Shown here: positions 11,442 through 24,292 of the stretch, piece by piece
Layout of the letters: every line of letters starts with the position of its first letter
How positions within the stretch are numbered: the stretch's first letter is position 1
Origin: Veleropilina oligotropha
Taxonomy: Eukaryota
Assembly (NCBI GenBank): GCA_048128005.1
Contig: JBEUKZ010000036.1
Span: forward strand, 186,001 to 250,000
DNA length: 64,000 nt
Reading direction: 5' to 3'
The notes under the pieces: generated by a model
What the model was told of the DNA's origin: nothing
Seen by the model: the letters and a program-made list of their open reading frames with translations, nothing else
The model's database searches: none
Translations under genes and position numbers: made by a program

Positions 11442-13635
11442 ATGGTGCATTGCAGTGTTTCCGGGTGCAGACAGAAAATCCGTGGTTTTGACAGGCACTC
11501 CGAATGCACTATTCACCGTGTTTGTTTTAGTGATAAAACGCATCCGTGTGAGCATTGTTCAGTATTGACGAATTGGCAGTGGGAGATTCTTTTCCCAACG
11601 GAGAATACGACCAGGGCATCTTCTCCCGATGGGACATCCACCGAGAAGCTTCAGAGATTAGAGACAGGCTTTGATTCTATTCTTTCTCTTTCAGATCCTC
11701 TCGGTGATAGCCGTGTTGGGACAGCGGCTATCGCGGGATCCGCCGTCGGAACCTCTGAGACTTTGGGGAAAGTCCCAGAATCTTCGTCGGGGTCCAAGGT
11801 TCAGGTACGAGCCCGAGTGCAGTCCGACTCCTCTCCTTTGGGCCTAGTAACCGCTGCTCAGAGTGTCTTGCCGACCAGTAAGACACGTCGAGCGCTGCGG
11901 CGAAAAGCTGAACAGGGCAGACAAAACCTTTCCTCTCCTCCGGCCTCGGAGGAACAAGGCAGCGTTAGTCCTTCTGCGAGTTTAGTAGCTTCTGAACAAG
12001 AAGCGAAACGACTGGCAGAAAAAGTCGATATAGTTGCTGGGCACCACGAAAGTGGTCGAAGTCCCAGACGCTCGACGAAACCCATCCTCTCGTCTGACAA
12101 CGGCGCTAGTTTAAAGACTAATCCCGCCACCGTCGGAGCCCACGAGAACGATGGAAGGCCCATTACCTCCGACGATTCTTTTCAAGACGTCCTAGGTGGT
12201 GTGGTAGGATCGGCTGCGCTCGGGGCTGAAGTGTACGGCGGGTATTCCCACGTGCTTCACTCGAGCAGGGTTACAGACCCGTATGGACTGTGGTCGCAGT
12301 CCTACGGGCCGTTCGCACCAGTTAACGAGCCTTCACGCCGATTCCCTGGTAGCGGTTTCCCGACAGGTACCCCGAGACCCTGGTTCTCGGCTCCACCTGT
12401 CCGTGCAGCCCGTCCACCAAGCGCTACGGTAACCTCGAGCGGACCAATGGCTGTTGGTTCGACGTCCGTCATGCCTCAGGGTTTCTCGTTCGAGAACGTC
12501 CAGGCTATGATTGCGGCGGAAGTCGAGTCACGTTGTAGGTCCTGGCTACCGGCTACCCAGCCGCCCCAGGTCCCAGCGTCTCTGACCGTAACGCCGGGCT
12601 CGGCTCATGTTTCGGTGATGGAAGTAGATTCTCGTTCCGACGAGGACACCACTTCTACTCACTCTGACCTCCCTGAATCGGTCGGACCAGACGACTCTTG
12701 TAGTCTTTCTGGCACACATGAAGCCGTCTCCGCCACTCGCCGAAGGTACGACGCTGTCGCGTCACTTCGCGGGGTGCTTGATTTGCTCGACCCGGCCCTG
12801 CCGGTAAGCGTAGTCAGGCACAGGACAGCGGCACGTCGGTTTGTTGGGACGGAAGCCCCGCTCGTCCTCGACTCGGCGACCAAATCCATTCAGGGGTCCA
12901 AATCGGTGGAATCTGCGTAAGGGAAATCTGCGTAAGGGAAGGTACCTCCGGCCCAGTAGGCGTCCGATTCCGATCGGGTGCTCTGGGACGTGTCTGGCGA
13001 CTGAGCCAGTTCGGATCGATGCAGCGATGCGTCGGCTGTCGGCCAGCACAGCTCCCTCGGTAGTCAAAGTCCCATGGGCCGCCATGGAGGGCTTTGAGAG
13101 CTCCGCCCGTCGAGCTCTACGGCATTCCTCCATCCAGGATTTCTTCTTGGACGGAGCTATTACCGTGCCAAACGAGGATGGACCCCGCGCTCGAGAGATC
13201 GCACTGTCCTTCCTCGAAGAGGTTGCCGCCTCCACGGAGAACTCCGCGTCGGAGTCAGCCCGATCCTTAGGTAACGCTGTCCTACTTCGTAGAGACGCGT
13301 GCCTAGACGGCACCACGTTAGACGACGCCACCCGGCAGTCTCTACGTTGCGTACCGCTGTCGGCCTCTACTCTCTTCGGAGACAAATTCACCGAATTTGT
13401 CGAGAAGAGAGCGGCTGATCTAAAGGATCACGCGATTGAGAAGGCAGTCTTGGCTACTCCTCGGAGTACGCCGGCTGCTGCCTCAAGGAAGCGCTCGGGA
13501 CCGTCCCGGTCCCATAAGCCTTCCAAGCGTGCCAAACCTTCGCATAGTGGGCCTCCTCAGGCCAAGAAATCTACTGCGAAAACGGCACCTCCGACGAAAT
13601 CCCGTCAGAGCGGGAGAGGGAAGCCGCGGCCCTAG
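11442..13635 (+). pseudogene. gag: DIRS-A ORF1 (gag-like) with N-terminal Cys/His cluster; broken near 12870-12940
   Basis: MVHCSVSGC...HSECTIHRVC...CEHC N-terminus; C-terminal LLRRDACL...PLSASTLFG typical of DIRS ORF1. Split into ORFs 11430-12920 and 12841-13635 at a region with a deletion relative to DIRS-B and a 15-bp tandem duplication (aatctgcgtaaggga x2). Confidence 0.8.
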
Positions 13636-15700
13636 GGTTGCCGGCGCTCGCGACGAGCCCAGTTGCACGCTTCAGCCGGTGGGAGCGTGTCTGTTAGAGT
13701 ACAGCCTGTCCTGGCTAGAAATGACAGAGGACAACTGGGTTCACTCAGTCGTGAGTGCCGGATACAAGTTGGCATTCGACCGGCATCCAACCCTAGACGC
13801 GACACCACCACCAGGACGCGCTCGTCTCCTGATAAGAGAAAAACAAGCCGTCCTAGACCAGGCAGTGCGGGACTTAATCTCAAAAAGAGCGATTTATCCC
13901 GCGCCGCCCAGCACACCAGGATATTACAGCCACTTTTTCCTGGTCCCGAAACCCGATGGCCGTTGGCGACCGATCCTCGATCTGTCATTCCTCAACTAGT
14001 ATCTTCGTACCGAGAAGTTCAAGCAAGAAACACTCTCGAAGATACGAACGGCCATCCGTCCGGGCGACTGGGCAGCGTCTATCGACTTGACCGATGCGTA
14101 CCTACACGTTCCGATGCACGTCTCGGCTCACCGGGACCTACGGTTTGTCCACGGGGGAACGGTCTACCAATTCAGGTGTCTACCGTTCGGTCTATCGTCA
14201 GCCCCGTACGTCTTCACGCGGGTAGTACCGGCTCTCGGGGCCTTCCTACACTCGCAAGGGCACAGAGTACACATGTACCTCGACGACTGGTTGATTCTCG
14301 GGGCGTCCCGGGATCAGTGCCTCCAGTCTATGAGCGTTACCCTGTCATCGGCGAAGCGCCTAGGATTACAGATCAACAACGAGAAATCCTGCTTCGTGCC
14401 CTCGACGACGTTTACATTTCTAGGGGTCGAATTTGACACGGTCCGGTACACCGCGAAACCGACTCAGAAACGTATAGAGAACCTACGCGCAGTTATACTG
14501 AAAACGAAGTCTTCACGGATAACTACAGCGCAACGACTGGCCACTGTCCTAGGGCACATCGAGTCGGTAGCTCCCCTGTTACCGACGGGTCGCATGGACA
14601 AGCGACCGTTGCAGCAGGCCTTCAAGGACCGCTGGATACAACGTACGGGACAGTGGACGGATCGCATCGATCTACGGCATTGGTTCACTCGCACGACAGC
14701 AGTGTGGCTGAACACTACCCTGCCGAGTCAGTCGGTTCCGATATCCCCCCCAGAACCGAACGCCTACCTCTTCACGGACGCGTCAAACGAGGGCTGGGGA
14801 GGTCACCTCGACAGTCACGAGACATCGGGCCTATGGCCGACGGACCTTCAGGGACGACACATCAACTTCCTAGAGTTAGAAGCCGTCTACCTGTCAGTAC
14901 GGTCACATCTCCGCAACAAGCACATAATGCTAGCAACGGACAACACGACTGTCGTCGCTTACATTCAGCACCAGGGCGGCACTCGCTCCCGTCCACTTTG
15001 CGACCGAGCGATCGACCTACACCGCCTAGTGATGTCACTCAACTCGACAATTCGAGCCCGACACATCCCGGGGAAGCTGAATGTCAGAGCGGATACGCTC
15101 TCACGGAAAACACAGATAATACACACAGAGTGGACGCTACACGCCCGTGTAGCCCGAGATGTCTGTCGCCTGTGGTCGCAGCCTCAAGTCGATCTATTCG
15201 CAACCGAATACAATCACCGACTCCCTCTCTATGTGTCTCCTTACCCGGACCCGGCCGCTATAGCGGTCGACGCTCTGTCAATGACATGGGAGAATCTGAT
15301 CGCCTACGCCTTTCCGCCGTCGTGCATGTTGCCACAAGTACTACGGAAAGCAACACGCGAAGACTGCGAGTTGACGCTAATAGCACCCCTACAACGCACG
15401 CAGTCCTGGTTTCCGACACTTCTGGATCTACTCATCGATCAGCCACTAGCGCTCCCGCAGATGACAGACCTGTTATCGCAACCGCGCAGTCGGGTTCTAC
15501 ACCCGTCGGCGAACGAGTTTCACTTTCACGCCTGGCGACTATCGAGAGATCGCTCATTAAGAAAGGATTTTCTAGAGCGACAGCCCAGCGCATCTACCGA
15601 TCTAGAAGGCAATCTACAACAAAGGTATACGACTACCGATGGAAGAAATTTGTGGATTGGTGTCGCGGGCGGCAAGTCAATATATTCCGCCCCCCTGTGA
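13436..15700 (+). pseudogene. pol: DIRS-A RT-RNase H-methyltransferase-like ORF with one in-frame TAG (13997-13999)
   Basis: YSHFFLVPKPDGRWRPILDL, DLTDAYLHVP, LPFGLSSAP, YLDDWL, TDASNEGWG, HINFLELEAV, TDNTTV, VDLFAT...YAFPP. DIRS-B has CGA where DIRS-A has TAG. Confidence 0.92.
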
Positions 15701-16614
15701 CAAAATTTATCGAGTTTTTGTCGTCGTTGCTCGAACGTGGAATGTCCATTTCCGCTGTCAAAGGCTACCGATCATGCGTAGCAACGACGTTATGACAATG
15801 CCGCGAGCACACCCGCTTGTCTACCGACAAGACAATATCGGATTTTATACGCTCCTACCAACTCGAACGACCCGCTCAGCAGGTGCGGCCGCCTGCGTGG
15901 AATATCATGTTGATTCTCAATGCTTTACTTAGATGCCCGTTCGAACCTATGAGTGAATGCTCCCTCAAAAATCTCACTTATAAGACCGTATTACTTACCG
16001 CTCTCGCCACCGGTAATCGGGCATCGGAGATACACGCATTATCCGGAGAGCTGCGAGATATACACTTCCACTCCGATGGGTCGTTGACGCTGCATACGGT
16101 CCTTGGCTTCTTAGCGAAGACACAAAGACCTGAAGATATCTGTCCCGAGGTTTGTATCCGTAACCTCTCCATGTTGGGTAGAGACGATATCGACCGGCTG
16201 AACTGCCCCGTTCGTGCGCTGAGATTCTATCTGGACAGGACCCGTGACCTACGGCACGGCAAAAAGCGTTTATTCATAAGCCACATGTCCCAATTCAACC
16301 GCGACATTCGCAAGTCGACTGTATCACGTTGGATAGTCTCTGTTGTAAAAGAAATTTACAAGCGGTCCGACGAGCCAGATCGAGATCTCGTTTCAATTCA
16401 TGCGCATGAAACACGGGTCTTAGCGACCTCCTTGGCCTTCAAGTATAATTTAAATATCAATGCAATCTTAAAGGCTGGTTATTGGAAGAGTGATAATACC
16501 TTTGTTCGCTTTTACCTGCGTGATTACGCAACCACGGCATCTGGCGAACATAGCATTTCCTTTGTCGCAGCAAATCAGCAATGTATTAGAGGATCTAGGT
16601 CATCCTTTCAGTAA
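13636..16614 (+). pseudogene. DIRS-A tyrosine recombinase frame (long S/T/P/R-rich overlap with RT, then YR domain), two nonsense codons
   Basis: One frame across ORFs 13663-14436, 14653-15795 and 15817-16614. Catalytic motifs ATGNRASEIH, AKTQ, AHETRV, GYW, FVRFY. Stops at 14434 (CGA in DIRS-B) and 15793 (AAA in DIRS-B). Confidence 0.9.
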
Positions 16615-17412
16615 ATGGTAAAACTTTAAAAAGGATTATTACCAGGGAACTGAGGTAATGTAATGTATTTCTATTCGTGTACATTGTAACACACTTAGAA
16701 TTTATTTCAATGTTATTTCTTTTCTTAATTCATTAAGAAATTGAAATTATCTAGTCATAACTGAGTTAATATGACATTAATGCTCACATTGGATGCAAAC
16801 ATTTTCATTACGAAATCTTAAAAATGTTTATTGTAAATAATATTATTTTTAAAAATGTTCTACTTGCTGTCGCAGAACATTTCAATGTCTTTACATTGAG
16901 AAATTTTAATATTATTCCATACTTAAAATTATTTAAGTAACATGTTGACATTTTGCAAGATAGACATGCAAAATTTTTATTAATTCAAGATGAAGATAAT
17001 TGAATATTCTTCAATCTATTAATAATTGTCAAGGTTTTATATTATAGCACAGTAAACCTGCCTAGGTTCGGGTGCCTCTAAAAACCTCGTCTGCAGTTTT
17101 CTGTCTGCCGACCTTTGAATCCGGAATATTCAGATCACTGCTTTTGCCCATGACACGAGTGCCTACAAGGTATACCTTTCGCACGGTGTCCGGAGCTACA
17201 TGCACTTTCGTGTTACCTGTCCGACTAACATCCCTGGCGTGTTTTCCCAGATTTCTTGGTCGAAATCTCACCTCGGGGTAAGAGTAGATTAGATGCTCAG
17301 TAAATCTACTCTGAACGGACTCGATCTCAATGCTAAAGCGTCGTCTTCCGGTAACAAGTAAGTTTTAATTTTGGTGTATGGAACTTATAACTCCGCCAAC
17401 CAAAGTTATTCT

Positions 17413-17503
17413 TGGCATTAGTAAGGACGTAAGTATATTTGATATAGATAGGACGATTAAAGGTAATCCCCTTGTATCTATAATAATATACTTACGTCCT
17501 TAC
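17413..17503 (+). other. DIRS-A internal complementary region (ICR)
   Basis: First half is complementary to the left terminus (gtaaggacgtaagtatatttgatatagata). Second half is complementary to the right terminus (gattaaaggtaatccccttgtatctataataatatacttacgtccttac). Confidence 0.93.
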
Positions 17504-17566
17504 CCACTTGGCCCACCCTGCTTCGCACCTCCCCTCTTATATAAGTTCTTTGCCTTGTTGTTTGCT

Positions 17567-17818
17567 AAAAACTTCGGATGAGGTCATGACCTTTGGGTCA
17601 CGGGGATCTCGCGGGAGTTGGCGAGCTCTTTATAAGGCATGAACTTGAGGAGGTCGAGCAGGTCAGTGGGTCAACTGGGTTAAATTTACTAAAAGTGCGA
17701 AAATTACCATTTCGACCTTGTCCGGATTTAGCGATAATAGGCTTATTATGGCATTACATGTAGTAAGGACGTAAGTATATTATTATAGATACAAGGGGAT
17801 TACCTTTAATCCTCCTAT
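17567..17818 (+). repeat. DIRS-A right ITR with 3' extension
   Basis: Inverted copy of the left ITR plus an extension complementary to the ICR. Confidence 0.93.
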
Positions 17819-18608
17819 TGTCATTATTCATAATTAAGCCCAATTGTTTAACTGTCAAACTGGAATTGAATGGATCAGACTCGTTTTCGTATTCATGATA
17901 TGTAAAATATGATTTTGACAAAATGCGGAACGGAACAAAATGCGAGGTGCGCATTTAGTTTCGAACCATACTTGAGTCTTGTCAACACCTTATTTAATGA
18001 TTTGCCCTTCCCGCCACAATTCCGTTCTTCCATAAATTTCATTAACCCCAATCGCCATCTTTGTTGTTTACATTTTTCAATTGTCAGCGGCTGTTGGTAA
18101 ACTTTTTGAAAGTGACGTATATGCATCAAATTTAACGAAGTTGTGCATTATATGTATGTGTACATGATTCGTTTCTTATCCGGGAGTACATAATATGACA
18201 GTAAGTATAATGCTGTACGATATTGCTTCTATTTTGAACGTTTTATAATTTCAATAATCAGCAGTGAGAAGAAATGGCAGCTCAGCCGTTAGAGCCTGTG
18301 CAGGAACTCGTAGGCTCTAACGTTGTTGGAGTAGGTTCGGGCAGACTGACACCAATTTCATGAAGATATGATCAAATGATAGATTTTTATTGAAATTATT
18401 ATTGTAACTGGGCAATATATATTATTGTCAAATAGAAATCTGTCTTACTTGATGAGCAGAAATCTACGCAACTTCGCCCAAAACTAGATCTATTGGAATT
18501 GTCACTCGGTGTGATGTAATTAAAAGCGGACCGCTTTTCATTATTTTTACGTCTTCACGAGCGATTAATTTAAACGGTAGCAAATTACTGACAAAAGTTG
18601 AGTGCTTT

Positions 18609-18675
18609 TTGGCTCGCATGCAACGCAGATGCGAGCCTATGTAATGATGATGTACGTCCGTCCGGCCGTCCGGCC

Positions 18676-18707
<32 letters not shown>

Positions 18708-20982
18708 GTCCGGCCGTCTGTCCGGCCGTCCGCAGTGAATGTTAAAGTTTTTCAATCATGCTATATAGGCAACCCTGTGCTCTCTTTATCATAATATTAT
18801 TGTAGATATATCTATTCCCATGTTCACAACACTACACTAGTAATATTGAATGTAATTTAAATAATATTTTGCTTCAAAATGCTGCTTTTGGACTTAGAAA
18901 TTTTGAATGTTAAAGTTTTTCAATAATGCTATATAGGCAAACAATTGCACTCTTTATCATCGTTTTATATGACATATGGATACTCCAATGTTGCACGACA
19001 CTATAACAGTAACATGGCATGTTATTTAAATCAAATTTTACCTCAAATTGCTACTTCTGGACTTAGAAATATTTTGTTAAAGTTTTTGGTTAAAGTTTTT
19101 CAACGATGCTATAATATCTGAAATTGAAACTTTTTAGCATCTTCGAACATTAGATATGTTTATTTCAATATCCTATGGCACCAGACAGTATTATTTAAGG
19201 TAAATTAAATTTATTTTATCACAAAAAAGGAAGTTGTGAGATTTTAATTTGGAAAATTTTATAAAGTTAGATGTTGAAGTGTTTTTCTCAAGGTTACATG
19301 TACAATCTCTTGCATGCTTTCAATTTTTTGCTCGCATGCAATGCAGATGCGAGCCTATGTAATGATGATGTACGTCTGTCCGCCGTGAATGTTAAAGTTT
19401 TTCAATGATGCTATATAGGCAACCCTGTGCTTTCTTTATCATAATTTTATTGTAGATATGTCTATTTCCATGTTGCATAGCACTACACTAGTAATATTGA
19501 ATGTAATTTAAATAAAATTTTACTTCAAAATGCTGCTTTTGCACTTAGAAATTTTGAATGTTAAAGTTTTTCAATAATGCTATATAGGCAAACATACACT
19601 CTTTTAGTTTATCATCGTTGTATTTGACATATGTCTACTGCAATGTTGCACGATGCTATGACAGTAATATGGAATGTAATTTAAATCAAATTTTACTTCA
19701 AAGTGCTACATCTGGACATAGAAATTATTTTGTTAAAATTTGTGTTAAAGTTTTTCATTGATGATATAATGTCTGACATTGAAGATTTTTTGCATCGTTG
19801 AACATTAGATATGTATATTTCAATATCCCATAACACCAGAGCAGTATTATTTAAGGTAAATCTATTTTATCACATACAAGAATTTATGAGATTTTAACTT
19901 GGGATATTTTATAAAGGTAAATGTTAAAGTTTTTTTTCTCAAGGTTACAATCTCATGCATGCTTTCCATTTTTGAAGTTTTATTGAATCCCATGCAACAC
20001 ATATGCTAGCCTATTTAATGATAATGTCCGTCTGGTTGTCTGTCCACCGCCTGCAGTAAATGTTAAAGTTTTTCAATCATGATCTATAGGCAACCATGTG
20101 CAATCTTTTCCACCTTTTTATTTTAGATAAGTATTTTCCAATATTGCACGACATTATAAAACTAAAATTGAATATGATTTATATCAAATTTTGCTTCAAG
20201 ATGCAAATTTTGGACTTATAAATATTTGTTAAAGTTTTTGGTTAAAGTATATCAATTTTGCTATAACTTTTTGGCATATATACGCTTTTGTAGGCATTAT
20301 ATGGATGACACCTGGTACTCTGGAAGTGAGATTGAATAAAATTTAATATAATTATTGCGTAAATGTAGGTGTTTTTTAACATAGAAATTTTGGTTAAAGT
20401 TTTTCATTGAGTGTATATGGGTTGTTGAAACAACATTTTGGTGTATATATGCTTTGGTATTGATAATATGAATGTCAACTGATACTATGGAAGTGATGCT
20501 AAATTAAATTTAATATAATTATTGCATAAAAATATGTGTTTGTGGACATATGGGTTGTACTATGCACTGTTTTACATCCATATACTGTAGTGTTGACTAG
20601 ATTGATGCTGCTCCCTCATCTACAAGTTATTTATAATATAAATAACATGTGAAATTAGTGTTTGTGGACATAGAAATTTTTGTTTTGCATTGATTTATAG
20701 TAATAGTGACTAATGCTACTCCGTAGTAATGAATTTTTGTAATTACTCGATTCCAAAAGTGTCATTCTTCTACTTTAATGTTTGAATTGTGTTGGTGAAC
20801 TCACACAAATAATTATTACAATTCAAAATATATTGCTTTATTCATGGTTAATCCAAGGTCCTAGAATATTATATATTACTGTGATTGGTTCTAAGAACTC
20901 CAGACAATTTAATTAATGTATGGCTACTAGAGAATTGTGCAATATGTCATGCGAGCCATATCACGTCTTCGACGTTCTAGTT
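18609..20982 (+). mobile_element. Helentron-associated non-autonomous element (HINE/DINE-1-like) with (CCGT/CCGG) microsatellite and ~660-720-bp internal tandem units
   Basis: 5' tt-ggctcgcatg subTIR with nearby inverted atgcgagcc; microsatellite at 18655-18732; 3' catgcgagcc, hairpin acgtcttcgacgt, ctagtt end. Confidence 0.8.
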
Positions 20983-22334
20983 ATGTTATAAAAACTAAGT
21001 GTAATGCGGTTAGTTTTCTTTTCAAAGAAAAAAGAGCGCAATTACGCGCAATAGGTTAATTAATTTAATTATGTAAAATCGACTCCCCAGCCTTGGTCAA
21101 AACTTGCGGGGTGAAGAAATACAGTCCTCATACATCAGATCAGTGCTTAGTCAACACGTGGGGGATTTCCTCAGGGGGGGGTTGTGTGATTCCTTTGACG
21201 CATGCATAGAAGTGATTGAAATAGGATGAATATCTTCGTCGGGCGACTGAAATAAATGCATGCGTTTCTGGACAGTGCAATGCAAACGGAGCCGTACTAA
21301 TGGCATTACTCTCACTTGAAACAGTTCTTTCGGCTGTACGCACAGCACCACAAACTGAGCTGCAAACGCAATCGGAAAAATGGAATCTTGACTTAGGACG
21401 AACGAATGGGTGAAGGTGAAGGATGAATTTTCAGGTGTGAACGATCCCTAAGCATAAACAAATAAATTTCACCAAATGAAACATTATAAATTTTATTAGA
21501 TAATATTATGCTCTTAACTTTATTAGATATATGAATAAAAAATATGGAAAAGTATTTACATATTTCGAAGTGAACAGGTAAACAAACATAGATCGAACAT
21601 AAATGCGTTTTATGATCTGTCATACATGTTATATGTTCAAATTGGGAAAACAAATCGGGTAGATTACGAGTTTAGTGTTGGATTCAAATAATGGAAATTA
21701 TGTACCAAGTGCAAGATCCCGCGCTTGCATCTGTTCTCCTTCCAGGTAAACTGCCGACATACGTGTCTGCACTTCACATCAATCTAAGTTTGTTTATTTC
21801 AGACGTCTAACGAGAAAGTAATCGTAGCGTTATCAGATTGCCCCGTGAATCATTCACCAGAGGCCTTCAACCGCTTGCGTTGTCCAGACAATGATGCCTT
21901 TGCTGTGCCTCATATGGTAGGTACTACAATTCATAAAGTCCAACCATCATATGTTAAGAACTAAGTCTGCATATTGAAAATCAATCAATTTGCTGTTATG
22001 TAGCTTTGAGTAGTGGTAATATAATTATATATAATATAATGTTGTGTTTCTCCAGCTGTTAGTGGCTGCCCAGGTAGTCGTGTGGTATCGAATGTCAACT
22101 CTGAAATCGATTGCGCTAACTAACAGGAGTGGGATCGCATCTCGGCTGCGGCATTAATCTCAAGTTTTCAATCGCAGTTGTCCTTAACTGGCCGGAAGAA
22201 GGCGGGTTTCCCCGGATGGGGTTTTCCTCCCACGATAATAGGGACTTGTCCTGCTTTTAATCTGATGTTTGTAAATCATCCGTCCAACCAGCTGTTAGGC
22301 CCGTCTGTATGTATTAAAATGTACTTTGTGTTCT

Positions 22335-23476
22335 TTTTATGCCTCCACCAAGTTATTGGGGGGGCATTTAGATTTATCCTTGTCCGTCCTGTCCAGAAAA
22401 CCAGTATTTGCGTGCGAGTAACTCCATTCTGCTATAACTTCCATCTGCCTTCATGGATTGACTTGATACTTCATGCAGTTGCTTATCATCATTCATACTA
22501 CTCTTCTGCGATCCATTTATGTTGCCCCTATGCCCAAGGTCAAGGTCAAATGAATTAGCTCATCGGACCAATATTTGCATGCGAGTACATGTAACTCCAT
22601 TCTGCTATATAACTTCCATCTGCCTTCATGGATTGACTTAATACTTCATACACTTCTTGCTTATCATCATTCATATTTTGCTTCTGCGACCCATCCATGT
22701 CACCCCTATGCCCAAGGTCAAAGAAAATGACTTAGCTCTTCGGACCAGTATTTGCGTGCGAGTAACTCCATTCTGCTATAACTTCCATCTCAGATCTGTC
22801 TTCATGGATTGACTTGATACTTCATACACTTACATATCATTATTCATACTTCGCTTCTGCGACCCACCCATGTCACCCCTATGCCCAAGGTCAAAGAAAA
22901 TGACTTAGCTCTTTGGCCCAGTATTTGCATGTGAGTAACTCCATTCTGCTATAACTTCCATCTGCCTTCATGGATTGACTTGATACTTCATACACTTGCT
23001 TATCATCATTCATACTTCCCTTCTGTGACCCACCCATGTCGCCCCTATGCCCAAGGTCGAAGATAATGACTTAATTAGCTCTTCGGATCAGTATTTGCGT
23101 GCAAGTAACTCCATTCTGCTATAACTTCCATCTGCCTTCGTAGATTGACGTGATACTTCATATACTTGCTTACCATCATTCATACTTCCCTTCTGCGACC
23201 CACCCATGTCGCCCCTATGCCCAACGTCAAGGTCAAATGATTTAGCTTTTCGGACCAGTATTTGCATGGAAGTAACTCCCATCTGCTATAACTTCCATCT
23301 GCCTTCAAGGATTGACTTGATACTTAATTCACTTGCTTATCAACATTCGTACTTCCCTTCTGCGACTCACCCATGCCATTAATTGTCTGTAAATAACTCC
23401 ACAAAACGATCTTTGCCGCCCCTATGGTCAAGGCTGCCAGTGGGGGCATTCGTGGTCGATGGACACATTTCTAGTT
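22335..23476 (+). mobile_element. HINE-like element with ~6 tandem ~160-bp core repeats
   Basis: 5' tttt-atgcctcca...tgggggggcat; gtccgtcc; repeats of gtaactccattctgctataacttccatctgcc...aaggtcaa; 3' tgggggcat, hairpin, ctagtt. Confidence 0.8.
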
Positions 23477-24292
23477 TTCAATAAATTCACATTTTGTATA
23501 GATTTTAGTTAACGCAATGCAGTGTTTGCTGATCTGTAATGACTTCATACATCTCATAACTATTCGGTTCTGTACAAGTAACGTGCTGATGTATGGTCCA
23601 GATATCAATCTTCATCACATAAGGAAATTATGGTTTCATAATTTGCACCTATGACATGTATGATGTTTAAGGATAATTTATGCAATTTTCATATATATAA
23701 TATTGGTGTATTCATGCATGATTTATGAAACTTTACTTTCCACAGAAATTGTTGTTAGGGTGAGTGTTTGCTTCCAAACTTTAGTTGTTTTCCACATGTG
23801 CAAATCTGGCTGTTTTATTTATGAATCAAGTTCTAGCAATGTTCGTGGATGGCTATCATGGTTATATTGCATGGTACAATAATGAATACACATTGCATGT
23901 AATGATGTTCAACAATATTGACTAATCGTTCACTGGGCACATGCTTCTAATACATATGTATGATGGCAAGTGTATATTTTCACAGGTTTATGTTTGCTGG
24001 TCTTGTGTAGTTTCGCAATATTAATTTAATAAAACATATATAAAATCTTCTGACAATGCCAATATTGTTTGAAGTGGCTAGTCATGCGGAACACATACAA
24101 ACTTAATTAATTTGCTTCTATGCTCAAGTCGCATAATTTTGAGGACTGGTCATTTCTGAGTTGGTAACCCACGAGATCACATCGAAGAATCGACATATGA
24201 TTGGTTGGCAAATAATTGAAACAAGACTACGACTTTGATTGACAGTCTCGTAACAAAAGACGTACACCTAATTACTGTGATGCAATGATGTG

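Larger units (their letters stand above)
10445..17818 (+). mobile_element. DIRS-A: full-length DIRS1-type tyrosine-recombinase retrotransposon (defective)
   Basis: Inverted terminal repeats, an internal complementary region (ICR), gag, RT-RH-MT and an overlapping YR frame. Both ends share TAT, matching the ICR junction. Confidence 0.96.

Noticed and set aside
11858..14715. Antisense ORFs within DIRS (also 41395-45001)
   Set aside because: Expected shadows of GC-rich coding sequence, with no recognisable domains.
17215..17325. Hammerhead ribozyme in the DIRS 3' UTR (stem followed by GAAA)
   Set aside because: No correctly placed CUGAnGA box in either family; reported only as an unclassified structure.
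21100..21920. GC-richer minus-strand exon-like blocks (also at 37420-38230)
   Set aside because: All frames contain stops or lack recognisable motifs; no product can be supported.
22390..23380. ~160-bp repeats as a CRISPR or ncRNA array
   Set aside because: Whole units repeat and sit inside HINE termini; they are the element's internal satellite.
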